From: a bacterium
GTDB lineage: Bacteria > Latescibacterota > Latescibacteria > Latescibacterales > Latescibacteraceae
DNA: 64,000 bases
Reading direction: 5' to 3'
Assembly: GCA_021372535.1 (NCBI GenBank)
Contig: JAJFUH010000149.1
Span: 10,803-74,802, forward strand
The translations under genes and the position numbers were made by a program. The first letter of the stretch is position 1, and the number at the start of each line of letters is the position of its first letter. Below are positions 8,809 to 17,663 of this stretch, piece after piece. Under the pieces are notes generated by a model, which was not told the origin of the DNA, made no database searches, and saw only the letters and a program-made list of their open reading frames with translations.

Positions 8809-9296
8809 TCGAATATCCTCTTGATGATGTTTTCAAAACGGGTAACAATGACCGCTGTCTGGTTTTCCGGGTCATCCGTCGAGACATAAATCCAGTGTAT
8901 GTACATGTCGCTCCCGATAATATCGACCGTGAGCGTTCCCGGTGTCAGGGTGATGGAATTGGCGAGAAAGGTCAATCCCAGGTCGCTTGTGAGCGTCGTC
9001 TTGACCTTCACGATTCCCGGGCGGATGGGAACATCCACATGGAGTACACGGTACGCGACATCAAGGTTCGCCCTGACCATGTGCATCAGGAAGAAGGGTA
9101 TATACACAAGGAACCAGAACACGCGGCGCGGCGAGAGTATCCTGACCGCATTGTCGAAGAAAAGATGCCCGAACAGCACGGTGCATATGACAGCGACGAA
9201 CAGACCCGCAGTGACATTCTCGATATCGGGCGACCATGTCAGCAGCAGCCACATCGCAAACAGCATGATACAGTAAACGATCCGATTGACCATCAC
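8805..9296 (-). CDS. Mrp/Mnh antiporter-module subunit E
   Basis: 163 aa. N-terminal TM pair and the ANSITLTPGTLTVD motif characteristic of MnhE. ATGA-type overlaps on both sides. Confidence 0.8.
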   Translation of the reverse strand: MMVNRIVYCIMLFAMWLLLTWSPDIENVTAGLFVAVICTVLFGHLFFDNAVRILSPRRVFWFLVYIPFFLMHMVRANLDVAYRVLHVDVPIRPGIVKVKTTLTSDLGLTFLANSITLTPGTLTVDIIGSDMYIHWIYVSTDDPENQTAVIVTRFENIIKRIFE

Positions 9297-10795
9297 ATGA
9301 ACTCCAGTACCTTCATGATATACGCACTCTTGTCAGACAGAATCTCCCGCGCCGGTTCAACGAACACACTTATAAACCACGGGCAGGCTATGCCGAACGC
9401 GATACAGCACACCGCAAGGATCACGAGGGCACTCCACATGGAAACCGGAACCTCGCGGATATGAGTCAGTTTTTCAGGTATCGATCCGAAAAGGGCCATT
9501 TTCTGCAGTTTGACGAAATACACGAGCGTCAGAAAACTCACGATAACCGTTACAGCCGCAAGGAAATACGCGATCGGCCCGAGCTTCCCGGCCGCATCGA
9601 CAGCGGCAATGATAATGATAATCTTGCTGAAGAATCCCCCGAACGGCGGAATGCCCGATATGGAGAGGGCTCCGATGCTGCATGCGGCGGATGTTACCGG
9701 CATTTTTTTCCAGAGCCCGCCCAGTTCCCTCAGATCGCGCGTTCCGGTTGAATATTCAACGGCGCCTGAGCACAGGAAGAGGAGCGACTTGAAGAATGCA
9801 TGGTTGAGGAGGTGGAAAAGCCCTCCGATCATTCCGAGCGGAGTCCCGAGCCCGAAGGCGAACATGATGTACCCGATCTGACTGATGCTCGAATAGGCCA
9901 GCATCCGTTTGAAATCCCACTGACCGATGGCCAGCAGCGCCCCGCCGGTCATCGACACCACGCCGAGGATAATGAGAACGTTCGAGAACGAATTTCCTAT
10001 ATCGATAATATTGAAAAATATCCGCAGGATACAATAGACCCCGAGGGCCTTGATAAGCAGTCCCGAAAGCATCGCCGAAATCGGTGCGGGCGCCGATGGG
10101 TGTGCGTCCGGCAGCCAGGCGTGGAACGGTATGAGCGAGGCTTTGACGCCAAAACCCATGATAAACAGTGCGGCAATGAATTTCACCATGAGCCCCGAAC
10201 CCTGTGTATCCAGCACACGGGCGATATCCGCCATGTTGAGGGTTCCCGTGATGCTGTACAGGAGCGCGATGCCGAACAGAATGAAGCTCGATGCGACACT
10301 CCCGAGGACAAGATATTTGAACGATGCCTCCAGTTCCTCATGCTCGATTCCGAACGCCACAAGCGCATAGGACGAAATCGCGGAGATTTCGAGAAACACA
10401 TACATGTTGAACAGGTCGCCGGTGGCAACCACACCGTTCATTCCCGCTGTCATGAGCATGAGCAAAGAATAGTACTTTCCTTGGGCGGTATAGCGTTTCA
10501 TGTATCCCACCGAATAAAGAGTCACCAGAAACGCCACGACATTGATCATGATCTGGAAAAATCCGCTCAGTCCGTCACCGACAAGGTTGATTCCGAACGG
10601 AGGCCGCCATCCTCCCATCGTGTAAACAGCCGTGTCTGCTCCGAGCCGTGAAAATGAAAACACGAGAAGGAAACCGGTAGTCACCAGCGCAAGAAAACCA
10701 CCGAGCCAGTTCTTCAGGCGTACGGCGAGCGGAATGAGGAACCCGGCGCCGAGCGGCACGGCAATAAATAACGGAAGGAGGTTTCCCGAATTCAT
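9293..10795 (-). CDS. MrpD / NuoM-N-like proton-conducting antiporter subunit
   Basis: 500 aa from ATG 10795, which forms an ATGA overlap with the upstream stop. Multi-TM protein with FHAWLPDAHPSAPAPISA and FHLLNHAFFKSLLFL motifs of the NuoL/M/N-MrpA/D family. Confidence 0.85.
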   Translation of the reverse strand: MNSGNLLPLFIAVPLGAGFLIPLAVRLKNWLGGFLALVTTGFLLVFSFSRLGADTAVYTMGGWRPPFGINLVGDGLSGFFQIMINVVAFLVTLYSVGYMKRYTAQGKYYSLLMLMTAGMNGVVATGDLFNMYVFLEISAISSYALVAFGIEHEELEASFKYLVLGSVASSFILFGIALLYSITGTLNMADIARVLDTQGSGLMVKFIAALFIMGFGVKASLIPFHAWLPDAHPSAPAPISAMLSGLLIKALGVYCILRIFFNIIDIGNSFSNVLIILGVVSMTGGALLAIGQWDFKRMLAYSSISQIGYIMFAFGLGTPLGMIGGLFHLLNHAFFKSLLFLCSGAVEYSTGTRDLRELGGLWKKMPVTSAACSIGALSISGIPPFGGFFSKIIIIIAAVDAAGKLGPIAYFLAAVTVIVSFLTLVYFVKLQKMALFGSIPEKLTHIREVPVSMWSALVILAVCCIAFGIACPWFISVFVEPAREILSDKSAYIMKVLEFM

Positions 10796-11142
10796 CCCTT
10801 CAACCTCCTGATCTGAAGAATGTCGAATGTTCCGTACTTTTCGTAGAGCCTGAGACAGATAGCGATAACCATGGCCGTTATCCCGAGACCGATCACTATC
10901 GAGGTCACAATAAGCGCCTGCGGAATCGGGTCGACGAAATTCGCCGACTCGACTGCGGCATAACGGGCGTCCGAAACGATCGGCGCCGTTCCGCCTGTCC
11001 TGTACCCTATGAGGATAAGGAGCAGGTTCGTGGCATACTCGATGATGAGGAGGCCGATGACTATCTTCACGAGATTCTTTTTCGCGATAATCCCGTAAAT
11101 ACCGAGTAACAGCAGTATCGTGCATAATATGTACGGAACCAT
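10792..11142 (-). CDS. MrpC / NuoK-like subunit
   Basis: 116 aa, three TM segments, MnhC-like (LIGLLIIEYATNLLL). Confidence 0.8.
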   Translation of the reverse strand: MVPYILCTILLLLGIYGIIAKKNLVKIVIGLLIIEYATNLLLILIGYRTGGTAPIVSDARYAAVESANFVDPIPQALIVTSIVIGLGITAMVIAICLRLYEKYGTFDILQIRRLKG

Positions 11143-11153
11143 GGCTGCTCCTT

Positions 11154-11585
11154 CTACCGTTTATGTTCCAGACGGAACATAACAAGGGCTATAAAAACCG
11201 CGACGAGACATGCCGAAACCTTTATCCCGATCGCAATATTGCTCCACATCACGGTACCCCCGGAAATAAGCCTGAGCGGGGTGCCTCTCATAATGAAATT
11301 CGTGAAGAAAAATCCCCCGGAAAACCCGATGAGCGCGATTGAGAGAAATCCGAGCGCGCCGATCGAATCCCATGCCGAAAGCGCTTTCTCGCCCACGATA
11401 TCGAGGGCGGTCTTCTTCCCGAAGGCAAGAATAAGGAGAATAATCGCGCACGCGAGCATCACTCCGCCGGCAAATCCTCCGCCGGGAGTTATGTGGCCGT
11501 AGAGAACGATGTTCGCCGCGAACACGATAATGAAACCGAGCACGAGCCGGGTTATCGTTTTAACGATCAGTGTCATCCCGTTCAT
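11154..11585 (-). CDS. MrpB / MnhB-domain subunit
   Basis: 143 aa. HITPGGGFAGGV motif of the MnhB domain. Confidence 0.8.
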   Translation of the reverse strand: MNGMTLIVKTITRLVLGFIIVFAANIVLYGHITPGGGFAGGVMLACAIILLILAFGKKTALDIVGEKALSAWDSIGALGFLSIALIGFSGGFFFTNFIMRGTPLRLISGGTVMWSNIAIGIKVSACLVAVFIALVMFRLEHKR

Positions 11586-12111
11586 CGCTTATTCTGCCTT
11601 TCTTTCTGAGGATAACGAGCGCCCCGACAATGGAGACGAAAATCACCGTCGCCTCGCCGAGTGTATCATACGCCCTGAAATCCAAGAGAATCGCGGTCAC
11701 CAGATTCGCCGCCCGCGAAACGGAAAATCCGTCACGGATATACATTTCCGATACCCTGAAAACGGGGTTGCCAAATTCCGGCATTCCACGGTATGCCAGC
11801 GATGCAAACACGATGAATATGCCGAAAAATACCAGCCCCACCGCTGTCGAGAACACCTCGCCGTAACGGTAGCGGTGGGCAATGGTGACATCCTCGCGTT
11901 CGACAACGAGACGGAGGAGCATGATGAGCGCAACCACCTCGACAACCACCTGAACAATCGCCAGGTCGGGCGCGCCGAGTATCAGGAAAATGATCGAAAG
12001 GGCAAGCCCCATGGCGCCGACCGAGATTACGCTCGAAAGGAGGTCTTTCGTCTCGATGGCGATTATGGCGCCGATAATCATGAATGCTAGCAGACCGTAC
12101 AAGAGGATCAT
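11560..12111 (-). CDS. MrpA C-terminal-like subunit (DUF4040 / MbhD-MbhE type)
   Basis: 183 aa, multi-TM. Segments APDLAIVQVVVE and LLDFRAYDTLGEATV are typical of DUF4040/MnhB-like hydrogenase subunits. Confidence 0.7.
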   Translation of the reverse strand: MILLYGLLAFMIIGAIIAIETKDLLSSVISVGAMGLALSIIFLILGAPDLAIVQVVVEVVALIMLLRLVVEREDVTIAHRYRYGEVFSTAVGLVFFGIFIVFASLAYRGMPEFGNPVFRVSEMYIRDGFSVSRAANLVTAILLDFRAYDTLGEATVIFVSIVGALVILRKKGRISDERDDTDR

Positions 12112-12117
12112 TTCCTG

Positions 12118-13953
12118 TCACCTCACGAGAAAAAATATCAAAAATCCGAGCCCGGCTATTGCAAACGCCACATAAGTTGAAACAACACCATTATGAATCG
12201 ACTGGAGAATCCCGACAATCTTCATGCCGTACCTGCCGCCGAGAACATAGAGATCGTAAACACCCTCCTCAGCGTCCTTATACAGAACCTTCAGGGGCGA
12301 AAATGTCCGTATCGTCTCATAAAAACCGGTGCCGGGATACCTGAGCTCTTCGCTTCCGAACTGTTCGCCGCCCACAAAGATCGTGGTCTTCCGGGGCTTT
12401 ATCGCTGTGCTCATATAGTAGACTATTACACCGATCAGGAGCGCCAGAACGATCAGAAGCGTCGCAAGCGTCGGACTCCACAGCGCATGCGGTAGGAGTA
12501 TCGTGCCGGACACGGGTCCGAAATCGATACCTGCCGCCGGACCGACGAGATATCTGAGCGGGAGCTGTGCAAATACACCGAACAACACGCATATAACCGC
12601 AAGCACAACCATCGGTACAGCCATAGCCCATCCCGCAGGCTTCACCGAGTTAAGGCCCTCGGGCCGTTTCCCGAGAAAAACAGAGTGAATGACCTTGAAG
12701 AACGATGCGAGCGTGAGCGCGCTCCCGAACATGGCGGCGATAAGGAAAACAGGCTGTCCGGTTTCGATGGTTCCCTCGTAAATGAGCCATTTAGACGCAA
12801 AGCCGTTGAGGGGAGGAACGCCGGAAATGGCAAGCGCCGATACAAGCATCGCAGCGAAGGTCACGGGCATTACACGGGCAAGACCGCCCAATTCTTCGAG
12901 TTCGGTTGTTCCGGCACGCTTCTCGACCGCTCCCGTTCCGAGGAACAGACAGCACTTGTAGAGCGCGTTGTTGAGCATATGGAACAGCCCGCCCGCAACA
13001 CCGGCGGGGACTCCGGTCCCGATACCGAGAACCATGTAGCCGACCTGGCTGACCGCATGGAAGGCGAGCAGTTTCTTGAGATTGTGCTGAACGAGCGCCA
13101 TCATGACCGCGAGGATGATGGTGACAGCCCCGATACTGAGCAGAAGAAGCCTGAGCGGCCCGCTGAGCACAAACATGAAAAGCGATATCCGCGCAAGCAG
13201 GTAGATACCGAGCAGTTTGTCGAGACTCGCCGGAAGATAGGCCATGACACTTGTCGGAGCGCCCTCCGCCGCTTTCGGTATCCACGAATGCCCGGGCATC
13301 GCCCCTGCCTTGACGAGGGCGCCGGTAAGCAGAAGGATGTACAGCACGGTCATGAAACCGGATGTAACAGGGACGGAGTCGAAATCGCTGATCCGGAGCG
13401 TACCGAATGAATACCACGCCAGAATAACACCTAAAAGCAGGGCGCAGTCTGCAAATCCGACGATGACGAATGTTTTCCCGGCGGCTTCTCTCGATTCTTT
13501 TCCGCCCATGGTAATAAAGAAGAACAGGAGCATCGTGGTGACTTCCCAGCCGATGAGGAGAAGCACCAGATTATCGGCAAGCAGCGCGGCTGCAGTCGCC
13601 CCCGATGTCCAGAGAAGGTAAGCGTAATACTCGCGGTGGCGGTCGCTGTCGTTCATGAACCCGATCGAGTAAATCGCGATAAGGAGTGCGAATACCGAGG
13701 CGGCAAAAAGGATGAACCCGTTGAGACTGTCGACCCTCAGGTCGAAGGAAAACACAAAACTGCCAAGGCTGAACCACGGCCACGAAACAGCCACATATTC
13801 ACCGGCAAAGAAAACGACGCCCGCGTAATAAGCGGCAATAATCGTTCCGGCAAGCGCGACAATCTCACGCACCCGCTTCATCGCCGAGGGTACGAGCAAA
13901 ACGATAAACCCTGCGGCAATCGGAATTATAACCGGATATACAAGAGCATCCAT
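12118..13953 (-). CDS. NuoL / MrpA N-terminal / HycC-like antiporter subunit
   Basis: 611 aa, many TM segments. PGHSWIPKAAEGAPTSVMA and FHMLNNALYKCCLFL motifs. Confidence 0.85.
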   Translation of the reverse strand: MDALVYPVIIPIAAGFIVLLVPSAMKRVREIVALAGTIIAAYYAGVVFFAGEYVAVSWPWFSLGSFVFSFDLRVDSLNGFILFAASVFALLIAIYSIGFMNDSDRHREYYAYLLWTSGATAAALLADNLVLLLIGWEVTTMLLFFFITMGGKESREAAGKTFVIVGFADCALLLGVILAWYSFGTLRISDFDSVPVTSGFMTVLYILLLTGALVKAGAMPGHSWIPKAAEGAPTSVMAYLPASLDKLLGIYLLARISLFMFVLSGPLRLLLLSIGAVTIILAVMMALVQHNLKKLLAFHAVSQVGYMVLGIGTGVPAGVAGGLFHMLNNALYKCCLFLGTGAVEKRAGTTELEELGGLARVMPVTFAAMLVSALAISGVPPLNGFASKWLIYEGTIETGQPVFLIAAMFGSALTLASFFKVIHSVFLGKRPEGLNSVKPAGWAMAVPMVVLAVICVLFGVFAQLPLRYLVGPAAGIDFGPVSGTILLPHALWSPTLATLLIVLALLIGVIVYYMSTAIKPRKTTIFVGGEQFGSEELRYPGTGFYETIRTFSPLKVLYKDAEEGVYDLYVLGGRYGMKIVGILQSIHNGVVSTYVAFAIAGLGFLIFFLVR

Positions 13954-13954
13954 C

Positions 13955-15190
13955 TCATGCCTTCTCTTTCATGAGGAGTTTTTTGACTGCCAGCTCGACC
14001 GGCGTCGGGGAACCGTAATCTTTTTTCAGACGGTCGGTCGCAGCCCGGGAACACTCGGTCAGCTCACGGCCCGACATGACGATGTTATCCGAGCCGCGCT
14101 CCAGAACCGCCATGCGCTCGGTACAACAGTAGCAGGGATCGACAGCGGCGGTGATGAGAGCCACATCGGCAATGGTGTGCCCGACACAGGTCGCCTTGAA
14201 CGACGGTATGTTGACATAGCTCGGCGCACGGATTTTGTGCCGTATCGGTGAATTGCCGCCGTCACCGCGAACATAGTGGAATACCTCTCCGCGCGGCGCT
14301 TCGGCGTGCCCGATGCCTTCTCCGGCGGGAACCGATTTTATGTGAGCATCGATGGGGCCTTCGGGCATGGCATCGAGGCACTGCTTGATAATCTTCGCCG
14401 CTTCGATAATCTCGAGAAGCCGGACAGCCGCTTTCCCGAAGACATCGCCGCTTTCCCATGTGATGACCTTCCAGTCGATACGGTCATACGCCGCATAAGG
14501 ATCGTCAGTCCTGATGTCATCGGGAATGCCGGAAGCGCGGACAGTCGGTCCCACAGTTCCGTATGCGATGGCATCTTCTTTCGTAAGAACGCCGATTCCT
14601 TTCGTCCGCGCATGGAGAACCGGATCGTCGAGGACAGCTCCGACAAGCATCTCCATCTCCCCGATAATTTTATCCATTTCGCGCTGCACCCAGGCGAAGT
14701 CATCGCTGTTGAGGTCGCGGCGGACACCACCCGGTTTCATCATGGCGTAGTGGTTACGGTTCCCGGTGAGCTTTTCACAGATATCGAGGATCGGCTCACG
14801 GTATTTCCACGCCCACATGAATACCGTATCATACCCGATAAAATGTCCCGCAAGACCGACCCAGAGGAGGTGGCTGTGAATGCGTTCGAGCTCGCAGATG
14901 ATGGTGCGGATATAGTGCGCACGATCGGGAACGGTGAATCCGCCGAGGTCCTCGACCGCCAGCACATACGCGATGGGATGCGATGTCGAGCATATCCCGC
15001 AGATGCGTTCGACGATAAACGTCGACTGGTCATAGGTTTTCAGCGTGCTCAGCTTTTCAATCCCCCGGTGCATGTAGCCGATACGGACGTCCACATCCAC
15101 AACTGTCTCGCCCTCAACGTAGAGCTTGAAGAATTCCGCTTCCTCGAGGAGCGGGTGGAACGGGCCGAGGGGTATGACGGTTCGCTTCAT
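13955..15190 (-). CDS. group 4 [NiFe]-hydrogenase large subunit (NuoD/HycE/MbhL-like)
   Basis: 411 aa. N-terminal RICGICSTSH and C-terminal DPCYCCTER motifs, so all four Ni-Fe cysteine ligands are present. Confidence 0.9.
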   Translation of the reverse strand: MKRTVIPLGPFHPLLEEAEFFKLYVEGETVVDVDVRIGYMHRGIEKLSTLKTYDQSTFIVERICGICSTSHPIAYVLAVEDLGGFTVPDRAHYIRTIICELERIHSHLLWVGLAGHFIGYDTVFMWAWKYREPILDICEKLTGNRNHYAMMKPGGVRRDLNSDDFAWVQREMDKIIGEMEMLVGAVLDDPVLHARTKGIGVLTKEDAIAYGTVGPTVRASGIPDDIRTDDPYAAYDRIDWKVITWESGDVFGKAAVRLLEIIEAAKIIKQCLDAMPEGPIDAHIKSVPAGEGIGHAEAPRGEVFHYVRGDGGNSPIRHKIRAPSYVNIPSFKATCVGHTIADVALITAAVDPCYCCTERMAVLERGSDNIVMSGRELTECSRAATDRLKKDYGSPTPVELAVKKLLMKEKA

Positions 15191-15639
15191 CAGTCAAACT
15201 CCTTGAAATCACGCCGTAACGGGTGAACGCCATCCGGCCAGTCATCGGCAAGAACGAGCCGTCTCGGATCGGGATGGTTTGTGAATACCACGCCTAAAAG
15301 ATCGTATATCTCGCGCTCAATCCAGATGGCTGCCGGCAGGAACATGCCTATGGACCCGATTTCGGGTGATGGTTTTTTTACCTTCGTTCGCACAGTGATC
15401 ATCCGGTGTTCCTGCGGGTACATGAAATGATAGAGAATCTCGATGCCGCTCCTCATGTCAACTCCCGATGCGGTAGCCAGCCGTCCTCCAAGATTCTCAT
15501 ACATGAAACGGCAGACCGCCGGAAGGTCGATAGAATTGACAGTTATATATACTCTGCGGTCGTTCCGCTCATGGATATCGACGAGGGTATCGCCGAATTT
15601 CTTCCGTATCGCTGACAGCGCAGTTTTTTCAGTCGTCAT
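15190..15639 (-). CDS. NuoC-like (30-kDa) hydrogenase subunit
   Basis: 149 aa. EREIYDLLGVVFTNHPD motif of the NuoC/HycE N-terminal domain. Shares one nucleotide (15190) with the large-subunit gene. Confidence 0.85.
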   Translation of the reverse strand: MTTEKTALSAIRKKFGDTLVDIHERNDRRVYITVNSIDLPAVCRFMYENLGGRLATASGVDMRSGIEILYHFMYPQEHRMITVRTKVKKPSPEIGSIGMFLPAAIWIEREIYDLLGVVFTNHPDPRRLVLADDWPDGVHPLRRDFKEFD

Positions 15640-15648
15640 ACATAACTC

Positions 15649-16080
15649 CTACAGGCTCTTGAGCGCCTTCACAACACCAAGAATAATCGCCTCGGGCTTG
15701 GGCGGACAGCCGGGAACATAGGCTATGATCGCATTCGGGTCGATTTCGCGAACAACCTCGTCAAGCGGTCCCACACAGTTATAACTGTCCCGGAACATGG
15801 TCATCGAAAGCGCGCACGAGCCTATCCCGAACACTACACATGGTTTCGCCGTCTGCCGGTACAGCTCCCTGAACCGCGGGAGGACATGACGGTTGATCGA
15901 GCCGCTCACGAGAAGCGCATCGGCGTGTCGTGGGCTGCCCACGAGCTTGATGCCGAAACGCTCCACATCGAAACGAGGGGTCAGAACATCGAGTATTTCT
16001 ATATCGCAGTTGTTACAGGGCGACAGGGCAACATGGTACACCCACGGCGATTTTTTCAGACCCCACATGGTCAGACTCAT
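15649..16080 (-). CDS. NuoB-like hydrogenase small subunit (proximal 4Fe-4S)
   Basis: 143 aa. CNNCDIE, GSCALS and PGCPPKPE cysteine motifs. Confidence 0.9.
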   Translation of the reverse strand: MSLTMWGLKKSPWVYHVALSPCNNCDIEILDVLTPRFDVERFGIKLVGSPRHADALLVSGSINRHVLPRFRELYRQTAKPCVVFGIGSCALSMTMFRDSYNCVGPLDEVVREIDPNAIIAYVPGCPPKPEAIILGVVKALKSL

Positions 16081-16127
16081 AATTTTCTCCCGCGGCTATT
16101 CATATTTTTCCGCCATTGCCATTTCAT

Positions 16128-17075
16128 TTACAATCCGTATATGGCCAGCACAAGGCCGCTGACCGCAAGCACGGTCACAGGTCCCCAGAAGAACTTCACC
16201 GCCTGATCGATTCGTACTCGTGGATTCGTGTTTCTGATCAGGACAACCAGCACAATGATCACTACATACTTCAGTATGCCCCACAGAACGGACACTCCAC
16301 CTAACTGTATGCCACCCATGAGCAGGGTTATCATGAAAAGCGGCATGATCGCCAGAAGGAGGGTGCGGGTAATCCTGATTATCGCAAGGGGCGGGCCCGA
16401 GTACTCGGTAATGGTTCCCCCCATGATTTCCTGCTCCGCTTCGGGAACATCGAATGGGACAAGCCCGAGCTTCGCCTGCGTTGAGAATAGAAGCACAAGA
16501 AAACCGATTACACCCGAAACGCTCCGGAGATACCATCCGCCTTCTATCTGGTTGGCAATGATGCCGCCGAGCCGGAAATCAAATCCGGATTTATAGATAA
16601 CTGTCGCTATTACAATAAGATATGGAAGCTCATATCCGAGCACGAGTTTCATCTCCCGTGATGCGCCTACAGCGGCAATGGGATTCCCGGATGCGCTTGC
16701 GCCGATGATAACCGCAACTGCGGGTATCACGAGCAAATATACGAGCACCACGATATCGCCAATAAAATCGCCATCCGGATTCATTAATGCATATCCCAAA
16801 AGCCCTGCGGCAAGAGCGGCCCCCGCGAGACCGAACAGCGGAGCTGCAAGAAATACGGTTCTGCCGGGACCATCGGGAACGAGCGTTTCCTTACCGAGCA
16901 GCTTGAGAATATCCGCAACCGGCTGAAACCACGGCGGCCCCACACGCGCCTGAATCCGTGCGGTTACCTTTCGGTCTATCCAGCTTGTCGCAAGCCCCAG
17001 AACGAGAACAAATGCGACAATCACGAGAAACGCCACAATATGAATTACCCCGGTAATGATCACATGAAACTCCAT
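16128..17075 (-). CDS. NuoH / HycD / MbhM-like membrane subunit
   Basis: 315 aa, about 8 TM segments. WIDRKVTARIQARVGP and PFDVPEAEQEI motifs. Confidence 0.9.
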   Translation of the reverse strand: MEFHVIITGVIHIVAFLVIVAFVLVLGLATSWIDRKVTARIQARVGPPWFQPVADILKLLGKETLVPDGPGRTVFLAAPLFGLAGAALAAGLLGYALMNPDGDFIGDIVVLVYLLVIPAVAVIIGASASGNPIAAVGASREMKLVLGYELPYLIVIATVIYKSGFDFRLGGIIANQIEGGWYLRSVSGVIGFLVLLFSTQAKLGLVPFDVPEAEQEIMGGTITEYSGPPLAIIRITRTLLLAIMPLFMITLLMGGIQLGGVSVLWGILKYVVIIVLVVLIRNTNPRVRIDQAVKFFWGPVTVLAVSGLVLAIYGL

Positions 17076-17144
17076 GACTCAGATTTCAAACATTCACTGC
17101 ATTATCATTAAAAACCGTACCATACACGTTACACACGACAGCCG

Positions 17145-17663
17145 CTATGGCCTTCTGATATATGTTCTGTATCCCTGCGCATGGGCGCCGAGCACGATCT
17201 CTTTTTCTTTGCCGTATGCATCACTCATTTCCTCGAACCGGAGCGCGCCGGTAGGGCATGTGGCGACACACGCCGGCTCCCTGCCCTCTTCGAGCCGTGA
17301 GGTACAGAGGTCGCATTTGCCGAGAGCAAAGCCGATGAGCTTCATTCCCTGGCTCAGAACTCCGAACGGGCACGCCAGTACGCAGCTCCTGCAGCCGGTA
17401 CACCGCGCCGGGTTCCTCCTTACCGTCCCGTCATCGTCACGGGTCATCGCCTCCCGTGGGCAGGCGGCGACACATGCTGGCTCCTCGCAGTGACGACATA
17501 CGACGGGCAGATTCCCGACTTTTTCAATAAAGGTGCTCTGGAGGGTTACCGTACCGAGGTGTACACGCTGGCAGGCAACCGAGTGCGCCTGACACCCTAT
17601 GCACCGGTCAAGATGGACGAACAGCCTCTTCACCACGCGATCCTTTCCTGTAATTTCACCCAC
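17145..17663 (-). CDS. HycB-like 4x[4Fe-4S] ferredoxin subunit
   Basis: 172 aa with four cluster motifs (CIGCQAHSVAC, CRHCEEPACVAACP, CTGCRSCVLACP, CDLC...CVATCP). Confidence 0.85.
   Translation of the reverse strand: MGEITGKDRVVKRLFVHLDRCIGCQAHSVACQRVHLGTVTLQSTFIEKVGNLPVVCRHCEEPACVAACPREAMTRDDDGTVRRNPARCTGCRSCVLACPFGVLSQGMKLIGFALGKCDLCTSRLEEGREPACVATCPTGALRFEEMSDAYGKEKEIVLGAHAQGYRTYIRRP

Noticed and set aside
10796-11185. 130-codon N-terminal extension of the MrpD-like ORF (track ORF 9293..11185)
   Set aside because: The extension overlaps the well-supported MrpC-like gene in another frame and is Arg/His/Asp-rich with no TM character. The internal ATG at 10795 forms an ATGA stop-start overlap, and the sequence after it begins with typical antiporter TM sequence.
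13955-15190. Interpreting the complex as an Mbx/Mbs-type sulfur/polysulfide reductase or a complex-I-like Nuo
   Set aside because: Both Ni-Fe ligand motifs (CGIC...H and DPCYCC) are intact, and a HycI-type maturation protease plus hypA/hypC are encoded in the same unit. This supports a bona fide hydrogenase.
14276-15226. 316-aa plus-strand ORF, together with similar long antisense ORFs at 9800-10651, 12685-13410, 29106-29903, 32897-33622, 36157-36876, 40553-41455, 47222-47920 and 57349-58281
   Set aside because: Each lies entirely opposite a gene with clear family motifs. Their translations are Arg/Gly/His-rich or otherwise low-complexity and carry no signatures.
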